64,000 nucleotides of DNA from an uncultured delta proteobacterium (GTDB lineage Bacteria > Desulfobacterota > Binatia > UBA9968): positions 96,001-160,000 of the forward strand of contig CAVWLW010000033.1 of assembly GCA_963755715.1 (NCBI GenBank), in the 5' to 3' direction. Of this stretch, positions 18,843 to 28,240 are shown piece by piece. Both the position numbers and the translations under genes were made by a program. The notes below the pieces were generated by a model, which was not told the DNA's origin, made no database searches, and saw only the letters and a list, made by a program, of their open reading frames with translations. The first letter of the stretch is position 1; the number at the start of each line of letters is the position of its first letter.

Positions 18843-19052
18843 CTAGAGCACCTGAAATCCTGCCTTCAACGCCGCGCGTAAAAAATCATCGATATGGGAT
18901 TGGCTCGGATCGAATTCGAGCACCGCGACGCTGCGCTCCAGGCTAAAATCGATCTTTTCGACGCCGGCGAGAACTTGAAACGCTTGGCGCAAGGTCGGCA
19001 GATCTTCATTCTTGAGATTGGCGATCGAGAGGATGGCGGTTTTTGTGCGCAT
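18843..19052 (-). CDS. Small HMA/ferredoxin-like fold protein lacking the CxxC motif
   Basis: 69 aa after an AAGGAG SD. The pattern L.I.N...L.QAF..L.GVE.IDFSLE..VAVLEFDP....I.DF..A..KAGF resembles CopZ, but there are no Cys residues. Confidence 0.6.
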   Translation of the reverse strand: MRTKTAILSIANLKNEDLPTLRQAFQVLAGVEKIDFSLERSVAVLEFDPSQSHIDDFLRAALKAGFQVL

Positions 19053-19251
19053 CGTGCTCTCCTTGTTTTTAAATTTGACAGAACTTTCTTGGATTCGCAA
19101 TTTCAATTTGACTCGAGACGATGCGCTCTTTGACCGGGCGGTTTTAGAAAATCGCGGACTCTCGAATTGCCCTTCTCCGTCAAAATCTGTATAGCTCACA
19201 GAATCCGTTCAGCAATCAGCTCCGTAACGACGAAATCATTAATCTTCAAAG

Positions 19252-20132
19252 ATGACTTCCATTCCGGCTGAGTTTTACGCGCTGGCCAACGCGTTTCTAT
19301 TTGCGTTGCACAATATGTTCACCAAAAAAGCGCTGCGCTACTCCAATCCCGCGACCGCGGTGATCAGCAGTCTCTTGATCAACATCATTTTTCTCTGGGG
19401 CGTATCGATCTTGTTCGTGCCGTTGTCATCGCTGACCAGCGCTTCGATCCTGATTTTCGTCGTCGTCGGATTTTTTCAGCCCGGCCTGACCCGCTTGCTC
19501 AGCTACAAAGGCATCGACGCTCTCGGCGTGGCGATCACCGATCCGATCCGCGCCACTACGCCGTCTGTTCAGCGCCGCCATGGCGATAATTTTTCTTGGC
19601 GAGAAAATCACGTTGCCGATCATCGTCGCGACTTTGATGATCATCGCCGGCATCACCTTATTATCCTGGCGCAGCGGTTCGATGAAGCTCGCCGGCTCCG
19701 CGGTTTTTCTCTGGTATCCGATCGCGGCCTCGGCGCTCGCGGGCGCCACGCAAGTCGTGCGCAAGTTCGGCATGGCCGCAGTGCCTCACCCATTTCTCGC
19801 CGCCGCTGTGACCGCGACGTCATCTTTCATCGTATCGATCTTGACGCTTTGGTACGTCGAAAAAAGCCAGGAGACCTGGAAGATGAACCGCCAGTGCTTC
19901 TGGTGGTTTCTCGCCGCCGGCGTCACGATCAGCCTCGGCATGACCTGTATTTATTATGCGCTCGATCTCGGCAAAGTCTCGGTGGTGATTCCCATCAGCA
20001 GTACCGGGCCATTTTTTTCGCTAATCTTGGCCGCGATTTTTTTGCGCGACGTGGAAAAGGTGACGTTACGAATTGTCATCAGCGCCGACGATGATTGTCG
20101 GCGGGGTGGTGCTGCTGACGTTGTGGAAGTGA
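19252..20132 (+). CDS. EamA/DMT family transporter (frameshifts near 19565 and 20090)
   Basis: Two hydrophobic halves in different frames ending in FLGEK and FLRDVEK; restored C-terminus MIVGGVVLLTLWK*. Confidence 0.8.
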
Positions 20133-20236
20133 AGCGAGACGCGATGGAAATCGGACACCGAGGTCTCTCTGCCAATTCTTTTCAAACCGAGCAAAACGCG
20201 TTATGAGAAAGCGATCAACACGGACGAGGTATTGTG

Positions 20237-22577
20237 ATGGCTGACTATTCCGTCGTAGGGCAATCGGTTTATCGAACGGACGCCAATCCGAAAGTGACCG
20301 GGCGGGCGCTGCATGTCGGCAATATCGAGATGCCGGGCATGCTGCACGTCGCGGTTTTGCGGAGTCCGTATGCGCATGCGCGGATTACGCGCATCGAGAA
20401 ATCGAAAGCGGAAGCGCTGGATGGCGTGGCAGTCGTATTGACCGGCGCTGAGATCGCAAAGATGCCGGGCATCGATCCGCACTTCGGGCCGGCGTTTCGC
20501 GATCAGCCGATTCTCGCCGTGGAAAGAGTCTGCTACATCGGCGATCCCGTGGTGGCGGTGGCGGCGGTCGATCGGCGCACGGCGGAAGACGCGCTCCAGC
20601 TCGTCGAGGTCGATTACGAGGCATTGCCCGCGGTCGCACGATGTGCTCGAAGCGGCGAAAGCCGGGATCGCCGCTGGTGCATGAGCAGCATCGGCCGGCG
20701 AAGGCTTTCGCCGATCTCGCCCACGTTAAAGCCGGTCAGCAATCGAACGTCTGTTATCACTTCAAGCTGCGCACCGGCGACGTCGACAAGGCGTTTGCCG
20801 AAGCTGATCGAGTATTCGAAGACACGTTCAGCTCGCCGCCGGCGCAGCATGTGCCGATGGAGCCGCACGTGACGTTGGCTTATCTGGACGAGCACGAGCG
20901 CCTTAACATCTGGACCGCGAGCCAATCGCCTTCTTATGTCCGAACGGAGATTTCTGCGACTTTCGGTATTCCCATGAACCGGATTCGCGTGCGCGTGCCG
21001 TACATCGGCGGCGGCTACGGCGCCAAGCTCTACGCCAAGCTCGAACCGCTGGTGACGGTGCTGGCGCTGATCACGAAAAAGCCGGTGCGTTACGCGCTCA
21101 CACGCGAAGAAGAATTTTTGACAATCACCAAGCACAAAGTCGTTACGAAAATCAAAACGGCAATCAAAGACGGCGCGATCACGCGCGCGTAAATGCGAAG
21201 TCTATTGGGACACCGGCGCCTACGCGGAAATCGGCCCGCGCATCGGTCACAAATCCGGCTACACATCGGCGGGGCCGTATCGCATCCCCAACGTCTGGAT
21301 CGATTCCTACTGCGTGTATACGAACAAAGTGCCCGCGGGTGCGTTCCGCGGTTTTGGCGTGCCTCAAGTTATCTGGGCCTATGATTCGCAAACCGACATG
21401 ATGGCGCGCGCGCTCGGTGTCGACCCCGTGGAATTTCGTTTGAAGCCGATGTTGGATGAAGGCGAGCGCTTCGCCACAGGTACGGTCGTGCGATCGTTCG
21501 GCATCAAAGAAGCGATCCGCCAGGCGGCCCAGGCGATCGAGTGGTCGAAGCCGAAGACCGGCGCAAAACGGAACCAAACGCCGTGGCAAAGGCATCGCCG
21601 CAGGCGTAAAGGCAGTGCTGACACCGTCGATTTCGGGTGCCATCGTCATTCTCAACGCCGATGGCACGGCCAACGTGCTTAGCAGCACCGTGGAGATGGG
21701 GCAGGGATCGGAGACAACGATGGGACAGATCGTCGCCGAGGAATTGGGCATTGCACCTGATCGCGTCCACATCGTTCAGCCGGATACCGATGTTACGCCC
21801 TATGATACGATCACGGCCGGCAGCCGTTCGACTTACCATATGGGCAATGCCGTGCGCATGGCCGCTGGAAAGATCAAAACGGAATTGTGCGAGGTGGTGG
21901 CGTCAAAACTAGAGGTAGCTCCGGACGATTTGCTATTGCGCAATGGCCGTGTCGTGGTGCGCGGTATGGAAGAGCGCGGCATGGCGATCGGTGAAATATT
22001 TCTGGCCAAGTTCGGCAGTCTCGGCACCACGCTCGCCGCCGAGGCGGTTTGCCAACCGACGGCGGCGCACATGGATCCGGAAACCGGCCAGTCGGAAAAA
22101 TGCACGGAGTATTGGTTTCCGTCGGCCACCGCCGCGGAGGTCGAGGTCGACACGGAAACAGGACGAGTTAAGATTCTCCAGCTCTTCAGCGTCGGCGACA
22201 CGGGCACCGCGATCAATCCGCGCCACTGTGAGCAGCAGTTAGTCGGCGCCGCGGTGATGCATTTAGGGCTGACGATGTTCGAGGAGATGATCTTCGACGA
22301 GGGTCAACTCGTCAATGGCTCGCTGCTCGATTATCAGGTGGCTTCGTTTAAGGATATGCCGGAGTCGATTCGACCGATTGTCGTTCAAGTGCCGCATGAA
22401 GACGGCCCTTTCGGTGCAAAAGGAGTGGGCGAAACCGGCGCATTAACAGTTGCGCCGGCGATCGCCAACGCAATCGACGACGCGGTTGGCGTGCGCATTC
22501 GCGATTTGCCGATCACGCCGGAAAAAGTTTTGCGGGCGTTGCTAGAGCAAAAAGAAAATGCCAGTGAAGGCCTTTGA
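20237..22577 (+). CDS. Xanthine dehydrogenase family molybdopterin-binding subunit (about 3 frameshifts)
   Basis: Consecutive fragments: KVTG...LRSPYAHARI; HVPMEPH...IGGGYGAK; GAFRGFGVPQ; EMGQG...AGSRST...GPFGAKGVGE. Confidence 0.88.
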
Positions 22578-22619
22578 CGGCCATCGCCGGTTGTCCGAAA
22601 ATCATGGCCGATGCCGTGC

Positions 22620-23129
22620 TTACTGCCCCTTCGACGCGCCTTTTCTCATCGCGTCCATGTTGATGTTCGGCATGCCGGGCATCACGATATCGCCTGGCTT
22701 CTGTCCGGCTTTGCAGGGACCCAGCCATTTCGCTTCGATTACTGATGAGGATTCCTTCATCCCCGACATCGGCGGCTCATAGGTGCTCTTGATGTCGGCC
22801 TTATAGGCTGAGTCGAATTGGCCTGTGAAGACCGCGCGGGTTGTCGCGGTGCTGTTCTGCACTTTGCATACGGATTCGGCGACGATCTTGTCTCCTTCTT
22901 TGCGCATCTCATTCTTGCTGCACTGCGTTTTCTGATTTTCGCCCATCTCTTTTTTCATCAGGTCATCGGTTTTCTCGTCGACACACTGTTGCACCGCATG
23001 ACTGCCTTGGGTCTGCCCGCTCGAAATCTTGATCTCCCACAGGCCGGACTTGCGCTTGGGCGCATCGAAGGAAGCGGCGGCAGCAGCGCTGGCGGCAAAA
23101 AGGACGAGGAGCAGGGCGAAATATCTCAT
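22620..23129 (-). CDS. DUF3617 family exported protein
   Basis: Signal peptide; PKRKSGLWE; conserved Cys residues; AKWLGPCKAGQKPGD. Confidence 0.8.
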   Translation of the reverse strand: MRYFALLLVLFAASAAAAASFDAPKRKSGLWEIKISSGQTQGSHAVQQCVDEKTDDLMKKEMGENQKTQCSKNEMRKEGDKIVAESVCKVQNSTATTRAVFTGQFDSAYKADIKSTYEPPMSGMKESSSVIEAKWLGPCKAGQKPGDIVMPGMPNINMDAMRKGASKGQ

Positions 23130-23177
23130 GCTGCGATCCTTATAGGAGGAAGTTTTTCGATTGGCGCCGGACGTGAG

Positions 23178-24158
23178 TTAGATCGCCGCCGGCGAATCGA
23201 GTTCGAAGCCCAAATCCGAGATCATTTGATGGGCATCGGAGGCTTCTTGTCCCGGCGTCGTCAGGTAGCCGTTAACGAAGATCGAATTCGCCGGGTAGAG
23301 CGCCATCGGCTGCAGCGAGCGCAGGTTGATCTCTCTGCCGCCGGCGACGCGGATTTCTTTGCTCGGATTGACGAAACGAAAAAGGCAGAGAGTTTTCATG
23401 CAACGCTGCGGCGTGAGATGTTTTTTGTCCTCGAAGGGAGTTTTCGGGATTGAAGTGAGAAAATTGATCGGGATCGAATCGATGTCCATGGCGCGCAGCG
23501 ACAGTGCCAAGTCGATGATGTCCTCGTCGCTCTCGCCCATGCCGATGATGCCGCCGGAGCAGGTGCTGACGCCGGCCTGTTTGACGTTCTCAATGGTCGC
23601 GACGCGATCGTCATAGGTGTGCGTCGTGACAATTTCCGGATGGCGCGTGCGGCTGGTATTGAGGTTATGGTTGACCCGACCGACGCCGACGTCTTTGAGC
23701 CGGCGGATTTTTTCTTCGTTCATCAAGCCGAGCGAGCAGCAAATATTCATGCCGGTTTGAGCGCGGATCTCGCGCACGGCTTCAGCGATGTCGTCGATCT
23801 CTTTGTTCGTCGGGCCGCGGCCGCTGTTGACGATGCAGAACCGCACTGCGCCGGCGGCTTTGGCTTGCTTGGCATGTTCGACGAGTTTTTCTTTCGACAT
23901 GAAGGGATAGCGGTCGATGGGCGCTTCGGAGACCGAGGATTGAGAGCAGTAGTGGCAATCTTCCGGGCAAAGGCCGCTCTTGGCATTCTGCAACACGTGG
24001 ATTTGCACGCGTTTACCGTAATAGTGGCGTCGCACTTTGAATGCCGCGCTCACCAACTCGGGTAACTCCTCGTCCGTCGCGTCCAATACCGCTTTTAATT
24101 CATCTCGTTCGGGAATAATTCCTTGAAGCGCTTTGTCGGCCAACTGCTGAAAATCCAT
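23178..24158 (-). CDS. bioB: Biotin synthase
   Basis: NAKSGLCPEDCHYCSQS radical SAM motif, CCSLG, NHNLNTS, CSGGIIGMGE, SIPINFL, ANSIF..GYLTT; GAGGTAGG SD. Confidence 0.96.
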   Translation of the reverse strand: MDFQQLADKALQGIIPERDELKAVLDATDEELPELVSAAFKVRRHYYGKRVQIHVLQNAKSGLCPEDCHYCSQSSVSEAPIDRYPFMSKEKLVEHAKQAKAAGAVRFCIVNSGRGPTNKEIDDIAEAVREIRAQTGMNICCSLGLMNEEKIRRLKDVGVGRVNHNLNTSRTRHPEIVTTHTYDDRVATIENVKQAGVSTCSGGIIGMGESDEDIIDLALSLRAMDIDSIPINFLTSIPKTPFEDKKHLTPQRCMKTLCLFRFVNPSKEIRVAGGREINLRSLQPMALYPANSIFVNGYLTTPGQEASDAHQMISDLGFELDSPAAI

Positions 24159-24183
24159 TCCTACCTCCGAAGTCAGACCGTTT

Positions 24184-24648
24184 TTAACATGCGCGGTCCG
24201 GCCTTGCAAATATCGCGGCGCGAGCGTGGAATTTCCCCCACGTGTACAAGAAAGCAGCCAGGACGAAATGGAAAAAAATCGGTATCGTGCCGCCGAACCA
24301 GCGCATTTCCGGGCGCAAGATCATGGTTATAACGTAGCGCAGCAGCATACTGCCCGCATAAATCGCGCTGAAGCTGATGAGAAATCTCGCCAAACGCATT
24401 CGCGTCTGCGCAAAAAATCCTTTGCCGCGCCAGACGTCGGAGACGATCTTGACCATACCGATTAACAGGACTACCTGAGTCGCCAGCAGAGTGGGATACG
24501 GAATGAGACCGGACGCCCACTGCTCCGTAGAAGGTAGCCAGCTGACCGAAAAAAATACCACAAGAGCTTGGCCCAAGACGCGCAGAAAGAAGAGCACGGT
24601 GAGAAAAGCGAGAACGGCGCCGTGCGCGCGAAATCGACCTCGCTTCAC
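24184..24648 (-). CDS. Hypothetical 4-TM membrane protein
   Basis: Four hydrophobic segments; W.SGLIPYP.LL..Q and IPIFFH.VLA; GTGA overlap with the GH3 stop. Confidence 0.7.
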   Translation of the reverse strand: MKRGRFRAHGAVLAFLTVLFFLRVLGQALVVFFSVSWLPSTEQWASGLIPYPTLLATQVVLLIGMVKIVSDVWRGKGFFAQTRMRLARFLISFSAIYAGSMLLRYVITMILRPEMRWFGGTIPIFFHFVLAAFLYTWGKFHARAAIFARPDRAC

Positions 24649-26318
24649 GGGAGCAATTCACTGGCCGTCTTTACGACAAACTGGATTTCGCTCGCCTCCT
24701 CAGGAGTAGCGCTCAGAAGCTGCGCCTTGAGTTGCACGTCGCGCGTTCCGGGCTGGAGAGCGGCATTGGCTTTGCGCTGGAACCAGCCCGGTTTCATCAC
24801 GCACAACAGAGGTGCGCCGAGCCGCCGCGACTCGCGTTTCTGCGCATATTCGACATTGAGCGCGCGCAGGGACGCGTCCAGTTCCTGCAGCAATTGCATG
24901 AGACGTTCTTGAGCCGGCATCGCACCGTCCAATTCCACGAAGAAAGAGTAAAGAGATTCTTCCGCATCGGCACAGGCGCGAAAGTGTTGAACCGCCATTC
25001 CCGCGGCGTTTTGCGCCTGTGCCATGGCCTGGATCACCTGGTTGACGTGAAGTTTCTCTCCAGTGATGTTGGTCACATCGCGGCCTTTGCGGACGAATTC
25101 AATCAACGGCGTTTGGTTATAAAAACCGGCGACGCGAACGACGTCATTGATATCGTAGCGGTAAAGACCGGCGGCCGTGGTGAGAACGAGATAATAACTC
25201 GCTCCTGCCTCGAGCTCAGCGCAGGTAAGGATCGTGGGCGCCGGGCTGTCAATTTCCGATTCGGGAATGAACTCATAGAAATTTTCATCGATAGCAAGAA
25301 TCCCGGCCGAGCCTGAGTCGGAAATCGGCAGCGTCATCTGCGCCTCGCTTGCCATATAGCCGAGATCACGCACCGGCGTCGTCTTGCCGAACCAGCGGGC
25401 GAATTCTTGCAGACGGACGCCGACGGTACCGCCCTTCCAACAACCGATGAGTTGCAGTCGCGGCCAATATTCTCTGGGGCGGAGCGACCCGTCGCTCTTG
25501 ATTAAAGATTCGAGTCTTCTCGCGCGCGCGGGGTTTTTCCTGAGACGGCCCGCGAGCGCCGCGCGCATTTCGGGCTGGAGGTTGCACCGCGCCGTGATGG
25601 TGCCGTCGCAAATGTCCTGGATAATTTCGTGTTTATTTCGATTGACGGTTTCAACCAGCTTCAGAATCGTGCTCGGGTTGGGCGTGCCGAGAAACGTAAT
25701 ATCGTGTTCCAGTGCCAAGCGCATGATGAGATAATACTTGGCTTCGAAGTCCTTCACTTCGGCGATCTCGTAGGGTGTTGCATAAGCGTTCTGAATCCAG
25801 CTCGGAGTGCTTTGATAGATCAATCCGGAAGCCGCGCCGAAAGGGATGCCGCCCGCCGTGCGCCCCTCGACGACGGGACTCACGACACCGAGCAGCTTGC
25901 CGCTAAAAAGATCCGGATGGTCGATCAACGCGCGGTAATACCACAGTCGGGTGAGCAGGCGATGATTTCTGCGCGTGGTCTCGGTGATGGGGATCAGTTT
26001 GGGCTGGCCGGTGCTGCCGCTGGTCAGGGTGAACATCAAAACCGGCGCTGCTGTCAACGCATGGGCCTCGCCGTTTTGCGCGCACTCGATGTACGGACGC
26101 AGACGCTCGTAGTCGCCGACGGAGACTTGCGCGCGATAATCGCTGAGAGAATGAATGGCCTCGAAGTGGTGATCGCGGCCGAAGCGCGTAGCGCGATTTC
26201 GCTTGATGAGATCGAAAAGCAGGTGATTTTGGATTTCTTGCGGCTTAGCCGTCAGGTCGTGCCATCGCGTCCACTGGCGACGCGTGAGAAACGCGGCGGC
26301 TTTTAGAAGGATGCCCAT
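24645..26318 (-). CDS. GH3 family acyl-acid amido synthetase
   Basis: TSGSTGQPK (motif I), GYMASE (motif II), GLYRYDIND (motif III), ITGEKL, N.EY..KR. Confidence 0.9.
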   Translation of the reverse strand: MGILLKAAAFLTRRQWTRWHDLTAKPQEIQNHLLFDLIKRNRATRFGRDHHFEAIHSLSDYRAQVSVGDYERLRPYIECAQNGEAHALTAAPVLMFTLTSGSTGQPKLIPITETTRRNHRLLTRLWYYRALIDHPDLFSGKLLGVVSPVVEGRTAGGIPFGAASGLIYQSTPSWIQNAYATPYEIAEVKDFEAKYYLIMRLALEHDITFLGTPNPSTILKLVETVNRNKHEIIQDICDGTITARCNLQPEMRAALAGRLRKNPARARRLESLIKSDGSLRPREYWPRLQLIGCWKGGTVGVRLQEFARWFGKTTPVRDLGYMASEAQMTLPISDSGSAGILAIDENFYEFIPESEIDSPAPTILTCAELEAGASYYLVLTTAAGLYRYDINDVVRVAGFYNQTPLIEFVRKGRDVTNITGEKLHVNQVIQAMAQAQNAAGMAVQHFRACADAEESLYSFFVELDGAMPAQERLMQLLQELDASLRALNVEYAQKRESRRLGAPLLCVMKPGWFQRKANAALQPGTRDVQLKAQLLSATPEEASEIQFVVKTASELLP

Positions 26319-26324
26319 TTCGCT

Positions 26325-28196
26325 CTATCCGCGCACTTCGTGCTTGACGGTTGCGAGACGTTCCAAGACGTCTTCCCTGACTGTGACGCTGAGGCCGCGC
26401 GTTTTCAAGAGCGGTGCGCGTCCGCCTAAACCGAAAGCGACGCTTTCGTATGTGAGATCCTCGGCGAGGAGCCAAGTGCCGAAGGAGCCTTCGGCGAATT
26501 CGAGCGCAGGCAAATACGCCGCAAAGGTTCGGCCTGCGGCCGAGAGGATACCGGTTTCGCCTACTTGCGCGCCGACTTGGATCTTGATGCCTGCTTCATG
26601 CGCGAGCTTGGCGATGGCCAGGCTGCCGGTGATGCCGCCGTTTTTTGACAGGCGGATATTGAAGTAATCGCAGGCGCCAAGCTCTATGAGCCGGCGCGCC
26701 TGTTCAAGCGTGACGAGCGACTCGTCGGCCATGACCGGGATTCCACTCTCAGCGCGTACGCGTTTCATTCCTTCCAGATCTTTGGCGGGCACCGGCTGTT
26801 CGATTGCTGCCAATTTGAATTGCTCGAGTCGTTGCAATTGTTCGATTGCTTCGTGAGCATTCCAAGCGCCGTTAGCGTCCGCGCGGAGTGCGACTTCGTC
26901 GCCGACCGCTTTGCGCACGGCGTCGAGTCGCGCTGCGTCGTCGGCGGTGCCGACTTTCACTTTGACCTGGTGTAATCCAAGCCGCGCCATGCGTTTGGCG
27001 AGAGCGGCGGCATCTTTCGGCTCATCGGCAGAGATCACGCCGCTGTACACGACTTCGAAACGGGCGGGAGGAAGCAAATCCGCCAGCGCGCAATGATCAA
27101 CGCGCAAGCTCCAATCGAGCAGGGCCAATTCGACGGCGCAAAAAGCTGCATTCCACGCGACGACGGTCGTTTCGCCGTTATCGCCGCGTGTCCAGTTCGG
27201 CATTAGCGCTTGCAGGTGTTCAAGAGTTTCCCAGCCTGGCGCGAAAGTTTGACGAAAAAGTTTTGGCGCCAGGTGGTCGCGAATACGCGCGACCATGGTT
27301 TCCGTCGTTTCTCCGGTAACGTAGGAGCGCGGCAGACTTTCGCCGAAACCGCTGCGGCCGTCGCTGCCGGTGACTTTAACGATCACCGCGTCGCTTTCTT
27401 CGCGGTTGTGCAGCGCATGGCGAAAAACTTGGTGGAATGGGATGCGCAATTGGTAGATGGTTAGAGACTCGATGCGTTGGGCTTGCGCCTTCGCTATTTT
27501 ACTTCGCGTGCGTTGCTTGGAGACCGGCGGAAAGTAGTGGCGCACGAAGAGGTTGTCGCCGAGAGTGAAATGCGCGATCTGGTCGAATAACGGATCGGGA
27601 ATCTCATGAAAGTTTAAATAATCCTGGATCACTGTCACGCCTTCCTCGGCGTGGCGGATATCGACTTCGGAATGAAGCTCAAACCAGAGCAGCGCCGCTT
27701 TGGGGATGGAATAGTGATTCGTCAAGGCTGTGGCAATTTCGCTCGAACAGCGCGACAGCATGAACTCGAAGCTCATGGTTTCCAGCAGGAGAGATAGGCA
27801 AAGCTCGCGCAAGGTCGCCACCGGCACTCGGGTGGCGCAGAAGATCGCCACGCGTTTGCGCGCGTCGGTGATCAGCTGATCGACTTCATTCTCGGGAAAT
27901 CCGATGCCTCGAACCAGCTCGACCAGCAGCGCTGAGTGAGGTTTTTCCTTCTCCGAACGGCCCATTTCCTCCAAGAGATTTTCTTTCAACAGCTCGGCGG
28001 CATTGGACGGAAGAGCGGCAAAGCACAGTGCCACGATATGCGCAGACAAATAATGCGTGCGAAAAACGTTGCGGATGAACTCGTGAGCGGCTTCGGTCGA
28101 GGCGTGACCGCAAGCGAGGCTTTGATATTCTCCGGAGTCGCGAAATTCGCGGGCCGCCTCGTTGAATGCGCGGGTAATTCGCTCGACGGAGATCAT
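26325..28196 (-). CDS. Fusion of a heme-oxygenase-like diiron domain (TenA/PqqC/CADD) and an enolase-superfamily domain (muconate cycloisomerase/dipeptide epimerase type)
   Basis: N-domain: ENLLEEMG...PHSAL, SFE, WFELHSEVDIRH (E,H,E,H,D,H ligand set). C-domain: GFGESLPR.YVTGE, KVKVG, RADANG, IEQP, MADES, NIRLSKNGG. One uninterrupted frame. Confidence 0.85.
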   Translation of the reverse strand: MISVERITRAFNEAAREFRDSGEYQSLACGHASTEAAHEFIRNVFRTHYLSAHIVALCFAALPSNAAELLKENLLEEMGRSEKEKPHSALLVELVRGIGFPENEVDQLITDARKRVAIFCATRVPVATLRELCLSLLLETMSFEFMLSRCSSEIATALTNHYSIPKAALLWFELHSEVDIRHAEEGVTVIQDYLNFHEIPDPLFDQIAHFTLGDNLFVRHYFPPVSKQRTRSKIAKAQAQRIESLTIYQLRIPFHQVFRHALHNREESDAVIVKVTGSDGRSGFGESLPRSYVTGETTETMVARIRDHLAPKLFRQTFAPGWETLEHLQALMPNWTRGDNGETTVVAWNAAFCAVELALLDWSLRVDHCALADLLPPARFEVVYSGVISADEPKDAAALAKRMARLGLHQVKVKVGTADDAARLDAVRKAVGDEVALRADANGAWNAHEAIEQLQRLEQFKLAAIEQPVPAKDLEGMKRVRAESGIPVMADESLVTLEQARRLIELGACDYFNIRLSKNGGITGSLAIAKLAHEAGIKIQVGAQVGETGILSAAGRTFAAYLPALEFAEGSFGTWLLAEDLTYESVAFGLGGRAPLLKTRGLSVTVREDVLERLATVKHEVRG

Positions 28197-28240
28197 TTCG
28201 ACCCTTTCGTAGCTGTTGCGCGCTGAATAAAGAACGTAGC

